Source: a virus (Duplodnaviria > Caudoviricetes). Taken from it: a DNA stretch of 55,968 nt. Every line of letters begins with the position of its first letter. Within the stretch, counting starts at the first letter, position 1. The stretch is from the IMG/VR virus record IMGVR_UViG_3300044815_000221, positions 1 to 55,968 of that record; one strand, given 5' to 3'. The position numbers and the translations under genes are program-made. The notes beneath the pieces were generated by a model. That model was not told the origin of the DNA. It saw only the letters and a program-made list of their open reading frames with translations, and did no database searches. Of the stretch, positions 8,945-18,091 are shown piece after piece.

Positions 8945-10498
8945 TTACTGTTGAAGAACGCCCAAATCCTGAAACAAGGGCACGTTGTCAATGTTGACGA
9001 TGATCTGCTCCGCAGTCGGGCTGAGTTTCACACCCCATCCAACATGCACACGTCCGACCGCCAGTTCTTCAGGCGGATTGTTGTCAGCATCGGCTTTGAC
9101 GACGAACGCATCCTGCTCGCGCTTGCCGAACAGTGCGCCGTCGCGGTAGAAGCCACGCAGGAAGGCCGCGCCCGTCGAGCGGAGATCGCGGAAGAGTCTG
9201 CCGCCGCCATCAACCACTTGAAAGACAGCCCACGCATACGCGAGCTTCGCCGAGTAATAGAAAAGATTGAGCAGACGAATTTCGTGAATCATCTGCACCC
9301 GACGATCACTCGTCATCACCCGCGCGCCGTAAATCTTCACGCCTTCATTTGTGAAGGGCGCGATCACGTTCACATCCTTGCCGTTCAGGTACTCACGCGC
9401 GCCATCATCAACCTGCGTTGTGCCGTTGGGCGCGCGTTCGACATCGAGCGCGGACGGGATCACGACGTTCGCCGGAGCTTTGTGAGTCCCGATGGTGCTA
9501 TCCACCTCGGCGCACGCGCTCGCCGCAAATATGCTCGGCGGGTAATAAAGGGGAATGCCTGAGCCAGCCAGGTCGGACAGTTTCACCCAGGGCCAGTGAA
9601 CCGCACCGTGCCAAGTCCCATACAGCGCGCGGATCGCAACGACGGTAGCCTTGTCTGAGCCGAGCGGCGGATCAATAAATGCTGTGCGATGATAGGCTTC
9701 GGCGTGAGCGATCAGAGCGGCGTGCGTCGCCGAGTTGGTGATTCCAGGAATGAGGACTTGCCCTGTGCCCAAAGATTCATCTTTGAAGACTTGCAATCCC
9801 GTCCGCGCGCTTCCATTGTCAGTGCCAACGAAAGTCGCGGCAGTCATTCCGGCAAAATCGTCACTGCCAGCAGTGCCATTTATCATCGCCGCACCGATGA
9901 TTTGCTCCGGCATCAATCTGATAGTTTGACCAGCACCCCAAGCGACGACGAGAGTGACAAGGCGCGAACGACTGTTGACTAATTCAACATCCTCAGCGTT
10001 TGGATGACGGAAATTATCAAAGACCTCTTTGTAATTGTTGAGCGCCACTGAACGAAACGTCAGCTTGTACGTTCCGTTATTTGTTCCGGCCTCAACCGTC
10101 ACGCGCACATCAACGCTGCTGCTCGGATAGCGCGCTGTGAGATAGAGCGATGTTTGCCCGGCCGCTCCACCTGAACCCTGCCCAACGGAGAGCAACTGGC
10201 CGGTCGCAGCCGCAGCCGAGGAGCCGACTACACGACAAACAACCAACTGCTTTCCGCGAAACAGATTGAAGAAGACGTAAGCGAATTTGTCGAGATAGCT
10301 GTTGACATGGAAGTTGCCGAAGAGCCGGACATATTCAAGCCAACTCGTCACGACTGTTGGCGTGTTGACCGGCCCCCAGGGTGCATAGCCAACCGCAAAC
10401 GCGGTTGATGAAGGCTGGCGCTCGATGGGGCGCGCAACTTGCGATGTATTGACCAGAGCAGTCACGCCTGGCAGTGTTGTTTCAACTACAAGATTCAT
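8945..10498 (-). CDS. contractile tail sheath protein
   Basis: PGV, TAFAVG.APWGP.N.P..VTSW.EY..FG, HWPWV, PPS...A, G.HKAPAN, IYGAR, P.AEQI motifs. Confidence 0.95.
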   Translation of the reverse strand: MNLVVETTLPGVTALVNTSQVARPIERQPSSTAFAVGYAPWGPVNTPTVVTSWLEYVRLFGNFHVNSYLDKFAYVFFNLFRGKQLVVCRVVGSSAAAATGQLLSVGQGSGGAAGQTSLYLTARYPSSSVDVRVTVEAGTNNGTYKLTFRSVALNNYKEVFDNFRHPNAEDVELVNSRSRLVTLVVAWGAGQTIRLMPEQIIGAAMINGTAGSDDFAGMTAATFVGTDNGSARTGLQVFKDESLGTGQVLIPGITNSATHAALIAHAEAYHRTAFIDPPLGSDKATVVAIRALYGTWHGAVHWPWVKLSDLAGSGIPLYYPPSIFAASACAEVDSTIGTHKAPANVVIPSALDVERAPNGTTQVDDGAREYLNGKDVNVIAPFTNEGVKIYGARVMTSDRRVQMIHEIRLLNLFYYSAKLAYAWAVFQVVDGGGRLFRDLRSTGAAFLRGFYRDGALFGKREQDAFVVKADADNNPPEELAVGRVHVGWGVKLSPTAEQIIVNIDNVPLFQDLGVLQQ

Positions 10499-10508
10499 CA
10501 GTATCTCC

Positions 10509-10691
10509 TTATGCGGGCGGGTCGCTCAGTTGAACCATTTGGGCATCAACGTACCGCTCCTGATCGTCGTCGCTGATCTGCGATTCCTGGACATCGCGCA
10601 TTGAACCGCTCGTCCCTGCGGCTGCCAGAATCACTCCGTTATCGAGCACGACCGGCTGCCGAAGTTGGTTGTAAAGTCTTTTGAGTGCCAT
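10509..10691 (-). CDS. small hypothetical protein
   Basis: 60 aa, GAGG RBS upstream, within late operon. Confidence 0.55.
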   Translation of the reverse strand: MALKRLYNQLRQPVVLDNGVILAAAGTSGSMRDVQESQISDDDQERYVDAQMVQLSDPPA

Positions 10692-10737
10692 TGATTTTTA
10701 CCTCTCAAAAAATTGTGCCTGTCATCTTCAGCGCACG

Positions 10738-10977
10738 TTAATTAACTTTGGGTTTCTCCGTCTTCACGGGCGTCGCAATAACCGGCTGCGGCTGCGCTGA
10801 AGTTTCGTTTGCTTCGGCTGCGGCGGTTTGCGCCGGTGTGTCTTTGACGCGCAGTGCGTTAGCAAGCTCTGGCGTCACTTCATGCTCGCCAGGCGAGTAG
10901 ATCGTGCCGTTATGTTTCACTTCACCTGCGAGCGTAATCTTTTCCATCTTCATCACAATTCTCCTGCTTTCATTCAA
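10738..10977 (-). CDS. small hypothetical virion-region protein
   Basis: VKHNGTIYSPGEHEV motif typical of small neck-region proteins. Confidence 0.55.
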   Translation of the reverse strand: MNESRRIVMKMEKITLAGEVKHNGTIYSPGEHEVTPELANALRVKDTPAQTAAAEANETSAQPQPVIATPVKTEKPKVN

Positions 10978-11611
10978 ACGTAACGCCTGGAAGATTCATT
11001 GCCGCCTTCGGTGCTTCACCGAGCGGCTCAACATCAACAATCAAACTCTGGACCGGCGTGCCTGGCAGTCGTCTGTCCGGCTCGACATACTTGAAATAAG
11101 TATTGAAGTGCTGCGCGTAAGCTGTTAGCTGCGGCATCCTGTCAATACTTCTGACACCCGCGAGCGTGAGCGGATCAAGTGTGAGCATGATCTGCTCTTC
11201 GCCGTCTGCCTTACGAAAGCGTCTGCCTGCGAGAAGCTCTCGCACGTCCGACAGCATCTCGTATGCGCCGACTGCGCCTGTGACCCCGCGACGCTGCGCC
11301 TGCTCGCCTCTCGCATCATTCGTGCAGACGATCACAGCAAATGTGCAATCGTGTTTGAAGATGCGTGGCTCTCCGAGTACTGGAGAGAACGCAGGCTGCA
11401 ATTCATCCTTACCGCCGACATAGCACACGAGCATTAACGGCATCTCCGGCGCGTTCTGGCTGATGAACTCATAGAGCAACTCGCTATCGAGTTCGCCACC
11501 GTAAGTTTCCAGAGTTTTCAAATAACCGTTCGTTCCATTTAGGAGCGGCGTCAGCAACGCGATCATGCCGTCTTCAATTCCACCGACGTAAAAAGAAAAG
11601 GGACGATTCAT
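10970..11611 (-). CDS. Mu gp37-like tail terminator/neck protein
   Basis: IED.MIA.L....LKTLETYGGELD, GAYEMLSDVRELLAG motifs; position before sheath. Confidence 0.8.
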   Translation of the reverse strand: MNRPFSFYVGGIEDGMIALLTPLLNGTNGYLKTLETYGGELDSELLYEFISQNAPEMPLMLVCYVGGKDELQPAFSPVLGEPRIFKHDCTFAVIVCTNDARGEQAQRRGVTGAVGAYEMLSDVRELLAGRRFRKADGEEQIMLTLDPLTLAGVRSIDRMPQLTAYAQHFNTYFKYVEPDRRLPGTPVQSLIVDVEPLGEAPKAAMNLPGVTFE

Positions 11612-11617
11612 CGTTGA

Positions 11618-12112
11618 TTACACAGCCGGATTAAAATGGAGATGTCTGCGAAACATATTCACGATCTCCTTAACGTCTTTATCCTGGAACAGCAGGAAAG
11701 GTCTCGCTGGAGTCCGCGCATGGCCGCGACCGACGCCGCCTGGATAACCGAATTGATGCCGCCGCGCATATTTCACGTTCGTTCCGATCTCAACACCGAC
11801 GCCGCCCCCGATGACTCTGAACTGAATCGAATTCTTGAGCCGCGCCGTGTCTATCAGAATCTGCGCGCTACCGCTTCCCCTGTTTGCCTTGCGCCGCCTT
11901 GAACCGCGCTTCGCTCGATTAGCAAGCGTGCTGACCTTAAGACCTTCCCACTTGTCAGGGCGTCCCTGTGCGCGGAAATTCTTTTCAACGCTGCCGAGCA
12001 TGTACGCGCCGACATTCGCCATCGCACGCTCCGTGCGTCGCATGTCCGTCTTGATTTCGTGGACACGCTTGAGAATGTTTTCCAGACCTTGAATGCCTTC
12101 GGCCATCTTCAA
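11618..12112 (-). CDS. virion morphogenesis protein (Mu gpG / P2 S-like)
   Basis: NFRAQGRPDKW..L, LIDTARLKNSI, IGTNVKYA..HQFG, PARPFL. Confidence 0.9.
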   Translation of the reverse strand: MKMAEGIQGLENILKRVHEIKTDMRRTERAMANVGAYMLGSVEKNFRAQGRPDKWEGLKVSTLANRAKRGSRRRKANRGSGSAQILIDTARLKNSIQFRVIGGGVGVEIGTNVKYARRHQFGYPGGVGRGHARTPARPFLLFQDKDVKEIVNMFRRHLHFNPAV

Positions 12113-12120
12113 ATATCAAT

Positions 12121-12606
12121 TCAATAAGTGTTCAATCTATCGTCTGTGAAGATCGGCTTGCTCGCGCCCTTCAACACTCGATCAGGAGTGCCAGGATTGA
12201 TGGCCGTCTCTTCCGTTGCCGGAATGTCGAGCGCAGCCTTGCCGCTCTGTAACGCTTCAAGAAACTTTATCGCCGCGTTATGCGTGTCGCGTCTCACCTC
12301 ATAAACACCGTCGTTCGTTGTGGCGCGACTTTTGTAGAGGTGATAAATCGCCAGGTCGAGACACGTTGCCCTAACCTTTTCAGTTACCGGAACGGGCAGC
12401 GTGTAGCGCGTGCGTGCGTATGAATCGAATGTGCCGATGGCATACGAGATGGCTTTGCCGACGCGCCCATGATCTATCTGTCCGCTCCGGTTGTTATCCG
12501 TTAGTTGAATGAGCTTGGCCTCGCCCAACTCTTCAACTAAATCTGTTTCAGTGATGTAGCTCAAAAATTTACTTTGCGCGACGCACGAGATTCCGTCGCT
12601 TACCAA
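12121..12606 (-). CDS. Mu gp36-like head-tail adaptor (true start probably ~12564)
   Basis: YIT..DL....GE..LIQLTD, DSY...RYTLPV, DLAIYHLY, A.KFLE..QSGK..L. Confidence 0.88.
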   Translation of the reverse strand: MVSDGISCVAQSKFLSYITETDLVEELGEAKLIQLTDNNRSGQIDHGRVGKAISYAIGTFDSYARTRYTLPVPVTEKVRATCLDLAIYHLYKSRATTNDGVYEVRRDTHNAAIKFLEALQSGKAALDIPATEETAINPGTPDRVLKGASKPIFTDDRLNTY

Positions 12607-13093
12607 GCAAGGCTAAGATTTCAGGGTCATCCGTAATCGTGCCTTTGCGAAGAAGATTGGGGCCGAGATTGTCCACCATCACTTCAACGTGAGTGGCCGG
12701 TTGCGCCAGTTCGCGCTGTTCACGCAAATGAGCCTCTTCCTCGACGCGCAGGCGTTCGGCTTCTTCCGCCTTGCGTTGTGCTTCCGCTCTCGCGTCGTCC
12801 TCTTCCAACTCGCGCTGCCGTCTTTCAATTTCTTCTGAAGCGAGCCGTTGGGACTCTGCATAACGCCGGTCGTCCTCTTCTTCCTCGACGCGCTTTCGTT
12901 CGGCTTCGTCTGCGTCTGCGAGCAACTGACGTTCTGCTTCTGTTGGGGCGAGTCCGGCCATCGCTTCACTCGCGGCATTTGCAGATTCCGCCGCAGCTTG
13001 AGCAGCAGGGATCGGTGTAGTTACCGCCGCCTGTGCCGCAGTCGGCTTTGGTTCTTTCTCAGTAGTCTTTCCCACAACTATTCTCCCAAACAT
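12569..13093 (-). CDS. hypothetical protein with E/R/A-rich coiled coil
   Basis: 174 aa between capsid and gp36. Confidence 0.6.
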   Translation of the reverse strand: MFGRIVVGKTTEKEPKPTAAQAAVTTPIPAAQAAAESANAASEAMAGLAPTEAERQLLADADEAERKRVEEEEDDRRYAESQRLASEEIERRQRELEEDDARAEAQRKAEEAERLRVEEEAHLREQRELAQPATHVEVMVDNLGPNLLRKGTITDDPEILALLGKRRNLVRRAK

Positions 13094-13131
13094 GATGAGT
13101 GATAGGTGAACTCGTCACCCATCACTCATCA
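13093..13131. other. stem-loop downstream of major capsid gene
   Basis: TGATGAGTGATAGGTGA-ACTCG-TCACCCATCACTCATCA inverted repeat; no clear U-tract. Confidence 0.55.
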
Positions 13132-13141
13132 CCCATTACCT

Positions 13142-14209
13142 TTAATCGAGGACATTCATCTTCACAACGGAACGCGGATAGAGCAGGCGCGGGCCACCGT
13201 AGAAGCCGCCTGTCACCTCGATGCGTGGATTCTTTCCTGCACCCAAATCACTTGTTGAGACTTCAACCGCGCTGCGATTCGGCTGCCCGTTGACCTCGAC
13301 AATCGTGAACATGCCAGGCGCGGGCATTCCGCGTTCCTCGCGGTGCAGCGAAGCCGTCATCACGAGATCGCCGACAACCTGACCCGCAGGGCGTTTGCCG
13401 ATAACGATCACCTCGCCATCTTCAAGGAACGTCTGGAACTCGTCGTCGTCATCAATGTAGCCTTCGTCGTAAGCCTCGAAGGTCGGCAGCCCGCGTGCGC
13501 TCTGAATGCGATTCAGTTCATCAATGCTGAACGCCGTCGAGAGGAAGTTCTGAGAGCGGAAGCCCTGGATGTCGTTCTGGTTGGCATTTTCCAGCAGCAA
13601 GTTGAGCGTGAATTGATTGCAATACGCGATTGCGCCTTTGGCCGACGCGCCCGTCCCGCGAAAGAGCAGCTTCACTGCGTTCATATCGCGAAGCGGCTTT
13701 GCGTTCGCGCGATCATCCCAACCAGTGGTGACGTTGTAGATTTGGATCGGGAACGTCTCATCAACATTGACGCCGTTTTCGTGGACGTGGATTTCGCCAC
13801 GCAGAGCCTGCCAGCGCAAAAACTCGGCGCGGATGAAGTTCTTGTCTTCACGCACTCTGATTGTGCGTCCCATCAACTCGCTCAAATCAACGACGCCGCC
13901 GAGCGTCCCCAACTGGCGCGCCCGCAGCAATTCGTCTTCGCGAATGACATCCGTTTCTTTGAAATAAATCGGATCGTATTCACGAAGTTTCGAGCCGCGA
14001 CGACCGACGATCCTCGGCTCCGTGCCGAGTTGATGTGCGCCTGTCATGCCGCGTTCGTTATCGCGTTCATCCCACTGCACGCGCTGCGCGAACGAAGGCG
14101 TGAACGGCAAAATCTTTTCGCCGATGAACTTTTCATGCTCAACGAAATACTCCTGCGTGACTTGATCGAGCGAAACGTTGCTCGGAATTCTGTAAACGAT
14201 TGCCATCAA
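13142..14209 (-). CDS. major capsid protein (lambda E-like family)
   Basis: 355 aa, PIYFKE...I.E.ELL..R..G, E...WQAL.G, W......PL.D; follows protease and decoration genes. Confidence 0.88.
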   Translation of the reverse strand: MMAIVYRIPSNVSLDQVTQEYFVEHEKFIGEKILPFTPSFAQRVQWDERDNERGMTGAHQLGTEPRIVGRRGSKLREYDPIYFKETDVIREDELLRARQLGTLGGVVDLSELMGRTIRVREDKNFIRAEFLRWQALRGEIHVHENGVNVDETFPIQIYNVTTGWDDRANAKPLRDMNAVKLLFRGTGASAKGAIAYCNQFTLNLLLENANQNDIQGFRSQNFLSTAFSIDELNRIQSARGLPTFEAYDEGYIDDDDEFQTFLEDGEVIVIGKRPAGQVVGDLVMTASLHREERGMPAPGMFTIVEVNGQPNRSAVEVSTSDLGAGKNPRIEVTGGFYGGPRLLYPRSVVKMNVLD

Positions 14210-14243
14210 TTTTCTCCTTTAGAACTTCAAGGCCGCCGAGGGC

Positions 14244-14795
14244 TTAGAACTTGAAGATGCCTCCGAGTGTGCTGACACCACCGAGTTCGGTTTTCGCCGA
14301 CGCATCGAGGCGGAGCAGTTTCGCTTCTTTCATCATGCCGCCGACGTACACCGCGACTCCGGTGTCGCCCACGCCGTCAGTCTCCTCATTCGAGATGCAC
14401 TGCGCGACCTGCGAACCGTCAGAGCCGAGCACCGCCGCGCCCGCCGCGCCCGCGACGGCAGCATTGCCCGTCAAGGTCACTGTGTTCGTGCCTGTGTTGA
14501 CAGATTGCACCGTGCCGATGGTTGTACCGGCTGCGTTCTTCAACACGTCGCCTGCCGCAAACACGGAAGCATCATCAACCGTGCCGGACGGGGAACCAGT
14601 GCCGAAGCCGCCACCAGTAGCGAGAGCGCGAGTGCGACGACGAATCTTGTCTGAAGCAGAGATCACGCCGCACACGCTGCCGCGCTTGACGATAAAACCT
14701 GCGGCGACTGTCGCGGCAACCAGCGTCGCCAGATCAGCGCGCACCGCTTCGAGCGCATCACGCTCTGCGTATGTTTCAACTATTCTGCTCGGCAT
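14244..14795 (-). CDS. head decoration protein
   Basis: VKRGSVCGVI.AS.K, SDGSQVAQCI, VYVGG....KL motifs; position before capsid. Confidence 0.75.
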   Translation of the reverse strand: MPSRIVETYAERDALEAVRADLATLVAATVAAGFIVKRGSVCGVISASDKIRRRTRALATGGGFGTGSPSGTVDDASVFAAGDVLKNAAGTTIGTVQSVNTGTNTVTLTGNAAVAGAAGAAVLGSDGSQVAQCISNEETDGVGDTGVAVYVGGMMKEAKLLRLDASAKTELGGVSTLGGIFKF

Positions 14796-15859
14796 TACTT
14801 CGCACCTCCTTCGGTCTTCTTCACACCCGCACCGGCGCGCAAGCGTTCCATCTCGGTCGGGTCAGCCAACTCTTTGCCATCGCCTTCTGAATGAAGATTT
14901 GAGAACTGCTCGCCGAACTGAATCACGGGGCCGATGCCCGACAGGAAATCTTTGAACCATTTGTATTGCGTTGATTCGGTTTTGATTTCCTTCTTTTGGC
15001 CGCCCTCTTCAGAGAAGGTGACGACGGTGACTTTGCGATCCGGCGTCGCGGCCAACGACTCCATGAACTCAACGACGCCCATCTTGTAAAAGGCCGGTGG
15101 AAACTTTGACTTGCCGAGGCTCTCGCAGAACGACACGATCTCGCCGCGAGTGGTCAGACCGGTCTGCTGCTCAACCTTGCGCTGCAATTCTTCGTTGGCA
15201 GTTTCGAGCGTCTTGAACTGTTCAGAGAATTTTGCTTCGACTGCGGCCACTGCATCCTTCACATGCTTGTTAATGTCCGCCTCGCTGAAAGCTGCTTGCG
15301 TCCCACCATCTTTCTTGCCGAACATCTCGCTAAAGAACTCCTTGACCGATTCGGCGATGGTCTTCTTCATCTCTTTCTCATCCATACTTTCTCCTTCACT
15401 AAAAGTGATTGACTCGAAGGTGAGTGTTTCGCCTTCGTTGAAATGAATCTCGCGCAAGCCCTTGACGGCTGGCGGCTGTGCCCCCAGAAACCCGACGTGA
15501 CGTAAAGAAGGCGCGCGACCTCCAGGGGCGGTCTGCGCGTCCAGATAAAATGAAGCCGATCTTTTCTTGAATTTCCCCTCACTCACCATTTGCTCGAAGG
15601 CCGGATCAACCTGGCCGAATTGCACCTGAAGAACATCGCCCTCAACGCGCTGTGCATCCACCCAACCGAACGCGGGCGCGTCCGTCTGCGGGTGTCCGAT
15701 CACTGCCGGAGGTTCATGCTCCTGTGTGTTGAAGTTCGCGACGACCTGCGCGAGAAAATCGTGAGTGATCGTATGCTTCCGGCCTTTGTCATCCGTATGA
15801 ACGCCGGTGCGGAAGATGTCCACCCACTGACCGCCAAAAGCTTTTTTAGATTGCGTCAT
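14795..15859 (-). CDS. Mu protease I / scaffold (start reassigned to ATG at 15859)
   Basis: IFRTG.HTD, PAVIGHP....PAFGWV, KKRSASFY, LRHVGFLGAQPPAVKGL. Confidence 0.9.
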   Translation of the reverse strand: MTQSKKAFGGQWVDIFRTGVHTDDKGRKHTITHDFLAQVVANFNTQEHEPPAVIGHPQTDAPAFGWVDAQRVEGDVLQVQFGQVDPAFEQMVSEGKFKKRSASFYLDAQTAPGGRAPSLRHVGFLGAQPPAVKGLREIHFNEGETLTFESITFSEGESMDEKEMKKTIAESVKEFFSEMFGKKDGGTQAAFSEADINKHVKDAVAAVEAKFSEQFKTLETANEELQRKVEQQTGLTTRGEIVSFCESLGKSKFPPAFYKMGVVEFMESLAATPDRKVTVVTFSEEGGQKKEIKTESTQYKWFKDFLSGIGPVIQFGEQFSNLHSEGDGKELADPTEMERLRAGAGVKKTEGGAK

Positions 15860-15867
15860 ACAAAATG

Positions 15868-15945
15868 AAAGCAGCCCGCCAGTCCTTTTCAGACTGACGG
15901 GCTGCACATGAGCCTTATCTAATAATGTGACCCTGCGAAGGGCGC
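15868..15945 (-). promoter_or_regulatory. conserved leader L2 before protease/capsid/tail operon
   Basis: - strand GCCCT-TCGC-AGGGT hairpin...GGCTCATGT-GCAGCCCGTCAGTC-TGAAAAG-GACTGGCGGGCTGC-TTTCATTTT. Confidence 0.8.
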
Positions 15946-15970
15946 TTAACTTAAAACTTACGAGAGCGAA

Positions 15971-16204
15971 TCAACGACCCGCGCTGCCAACCCACTTTAC
16001 TTTGAGGTTGCCGTCAAAACGAATAATCTCAACTGCGTTCCAGTTCCGGCAAGATTTGCATTTCCATCTAATGAGGCGAATCGGATCGCTCACTTCCATC
16101 TGTGGCCGGTTGCAATACTTGCAGCGTACCAACGACATTTCAATTCCTGAGACGTTCTGATCTGCGACTACATTAGACTTAATGGCTGCTTCTGGAAATG
16201 CCAT
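15971..16204 (-). CDS. Com-like zinc-ribbon regulator
   Basis: VRCKYCNR...IRWKCKSCRNWN, the C4 spacing of Mu Com-family proteins. Confidence 0.65.
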   Translation of the reverse strand: MAFPEAAIKSNVVADQNVSGIEMSLVRCKYCNRPQMEVSDPIRLIRWKCKSCRNWNAVEIIRFDGNLKVKWVGSAGR

Positions 16205-16649
16205 ATCTTGATTCCTAAAAACCGGCTCTCAAATACCTTCCAATGCCGCAAATATCATCCAATACAGCCCGACAGCAAAACCGTGTAGGGTAAGACGTAT
16301 TTTTCAATCGAAGGCTTACAGGCCATTTGTGGGCGACTTTGGTTCAAACGCCGGAGGTGACAGACGCAGGATCAGCTTGACTGATCTACATTGCAAGAGG
16401 CCGCTCTATCCTGCATCCGTTTTCAAGGAGACTCGACCATCGAAAATCAACATAAACTGAAAACAATTTAAGGGCAACCGAAAAGATTTACCTGGGTATT
16501 GAGTAACAGTTTGATAAACGCGTGTACCCTGTGGCCCGCGCGGATCAGGAACGGGCGTGTCGGATCGCAGCAGTTGGCGCAGAGCCAACTGGTCTTGATA
16601 TGTCGCCAGGTGTAAATCTCAGTGCCCGGCAATTTAGCTTTCCGGTTTT

Positions 16650-17075
16650 TCATTTCCGACTCTCTTTCGCTCTCTTCGCTCCAGCTTCGATGACCTCTCC
16701 AAGTCCACCCTGCGCTGGAATCCCTTTGAACTTTCCGACATTCAAATCATAAACCGCAGTTCCTACTTCAGCTTTGGCAGGGATGCCGCTCTTATCGTAA
16801 ACAAGCTCGGCCTCACCGCTCGGATTCTGATGATTATATCCAGTCGGCATCTTCGCCATCGCCGTCACCGTGCAGCGACAGTTAAATCCCCAGGGCGGAT
16901 AATGTTCATTCCAGAATTCGTGATCCGCAGGAAGGGTTAAACCATCGAGAGCGCGATGACGTGGCCGTGTCCGGTCATCGAGTACCGCGTGATACTGCCA
17001 CAAAGGTAAGTCAGCCGCGACTTCTTCAAACGCCTGTCGTCGCCCAACCCCATACGCAACTTGGCAGTTAGTTCT
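16650..17075 (-). pseudogene. muF (gpF/gp30, SPP1 gp7-like) 3' fragment
   Basis: RTNCQVAYGVGRR...WQYHAVLDDRTRPRHRALDG......FW..HYPPWGFNCRCTV; 5' part lies at 26396-26916. Confidence 0.9.
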
Positions 17076-17076
17076 G

Positions 17077-17628
17077 TTAAAACTGTGGCCCAAACGGACG
17101 CCGCCCCGAACCATTCCCCTCATCACTAAAGTCAACGTCATCGCGGGCGTTGCTGCTGTTGCGCTCATTCAATTCTTGATGCTCAAGTAATTGCAGGCTA
17201 ACGCGGGCGCGCAACGGTTCACCAAACGAATTGAAAAAGGTTTCCTCAATGCGAATTTCTTCAACTACCACAGGACGCACTTCTCCATCTTCGCCATAGA
17301 TAGCTAGCAACAATGGCGGCGTGCCGTTCTTCGTCTCATGGTGTAATTCCAGAAGGGCGTTGATGTCGTCTCTAATGGATTCGCCCGAATCTGTCTTATC
17401 AAGCCATAGCTCATCAATGCTAAGGCGTTGCGGGTCGCGGTTGGTGTAGGCAATAGGCTTCACGCCAATCGTCGTATTCTGTTGCTCCCAGTTTGCCCTT
17501 GCCAGCGTGCTGATGGAACGGGGAAAGAAATCAAAAACGAAAGCATTGACCTTGCCGCCTCGTGGCTCGGCAAATGCCAAGAGAAATTTTCCAAGTTGCG
17601 TTGACAATTTAACCAGACCTCCTGCCAT
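17077..17628 (-). CDS. tube-initiator / CIS-tube-like protein (element A)
   Basis: Paralog of 4461-4964 (FVFDFFP, DELWLDK, GTPP, GEPLRARV, RDDVDFSDE); stop codon sits at the element edge. Confidence 0.8.
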   Translation of the reverse strand: MAGGLVKLSTQLGKFLLAFAEPRGGKVNAFVFDFFPRSISTLARANWEQQNTTIGVKPIAYTNRDPQRLSIDELWLDKTDSGESIRDDINALLELHHETKNGTPPLLLAIYGEDGEVRPVVVEEIRIEETFFNSFGEPLRARVSLQLLEHQELNERNSSNARDDVDFSDEGNGSGRRPFGPQF

Positions 17629-18073
17629 TAAGAAATATGCCGCCAGGTGCGATGATTCGCAGAGAGGCATCTGTCTCAATGTGTGCGCGTCCGGCGCGCA
17701 GTTGATAATCACCTTCACAAATATGCTTTAAGTCAGCAGGCGCACGCACACCGCATACAGCCGTATCCCTGAAATCTGCCGGAACAACGAAGTCTTCGCC
17801 GTAAACGCTCATATAATAAAGATTGTACCGTTGGCCTAAGCGTCCGAATAAAACAACCTCGCTTCTAACAGGTGGAACGTAGAAGCTGCCGAAGCCATTG
17901 CCGCCGACAAAAACGCCAACCTGTTTTACCCACTTGTCATAAATAGTGCTTTCATCAATCGCGGGAATATACACCTTGATGCGATGTTGATTCTCAGGGT
18001 CTTCATTGATGGCAACGATGCCTTCAAGACCAAAGAAGTATTTATCGTCTAAATCGCGTCTGCCGTTTCTCAT
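17609..18073 (-). CDS. baseplate spike gpV-like (element A)
   Basis: Close paralog of 2684-3178. Confidence 0.85.
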   Translation of the reverse strand: MRNGRRDLDDKYFFGLEGIVAINEDPENQHRIKVYIPAIDESTIYDKWVKQVGVFVGGNGFGSFYVPPVRSEVVLFGRLGQRYNLYYMSVYGEDFVVPADFRDTAVCGVRAPADLKHICEGDYQLRAGRAHIETDASLRIIAPGGIFLNGRRSG

Positions 18074-18091
18074 CTACTTAACCCTTTTAAG

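Noticed and set aside
8951-15868. Long + strand ORFs opposite sheath, capsid and decoration genes (e.g. 8951-9562, 13343-14254, 14251-14955), and similar ones opposite portal, terminase and transposase
   Set aside because: Antisense shadows of well-supported GC-rich genes, with no motifs.
15860-15907. Shared N-terminal peptide MQPV.L...G in ORFs ending at 15907, 22726 and 42652
   Set aside because: It is the translated leader/terminator DNA; it is out of frame at L4, and better starts lie downstream.
17076-17168. Annotated N-terminus MSATAATPAM... of the 16650-17168 ORF as a genuine MuF start
   Set aside because: It overlaps the tube-initiator gene in another frame and MuF similarity begins only at RTN (17075); restart of a C-terminal fragment cannot be fully excluded.
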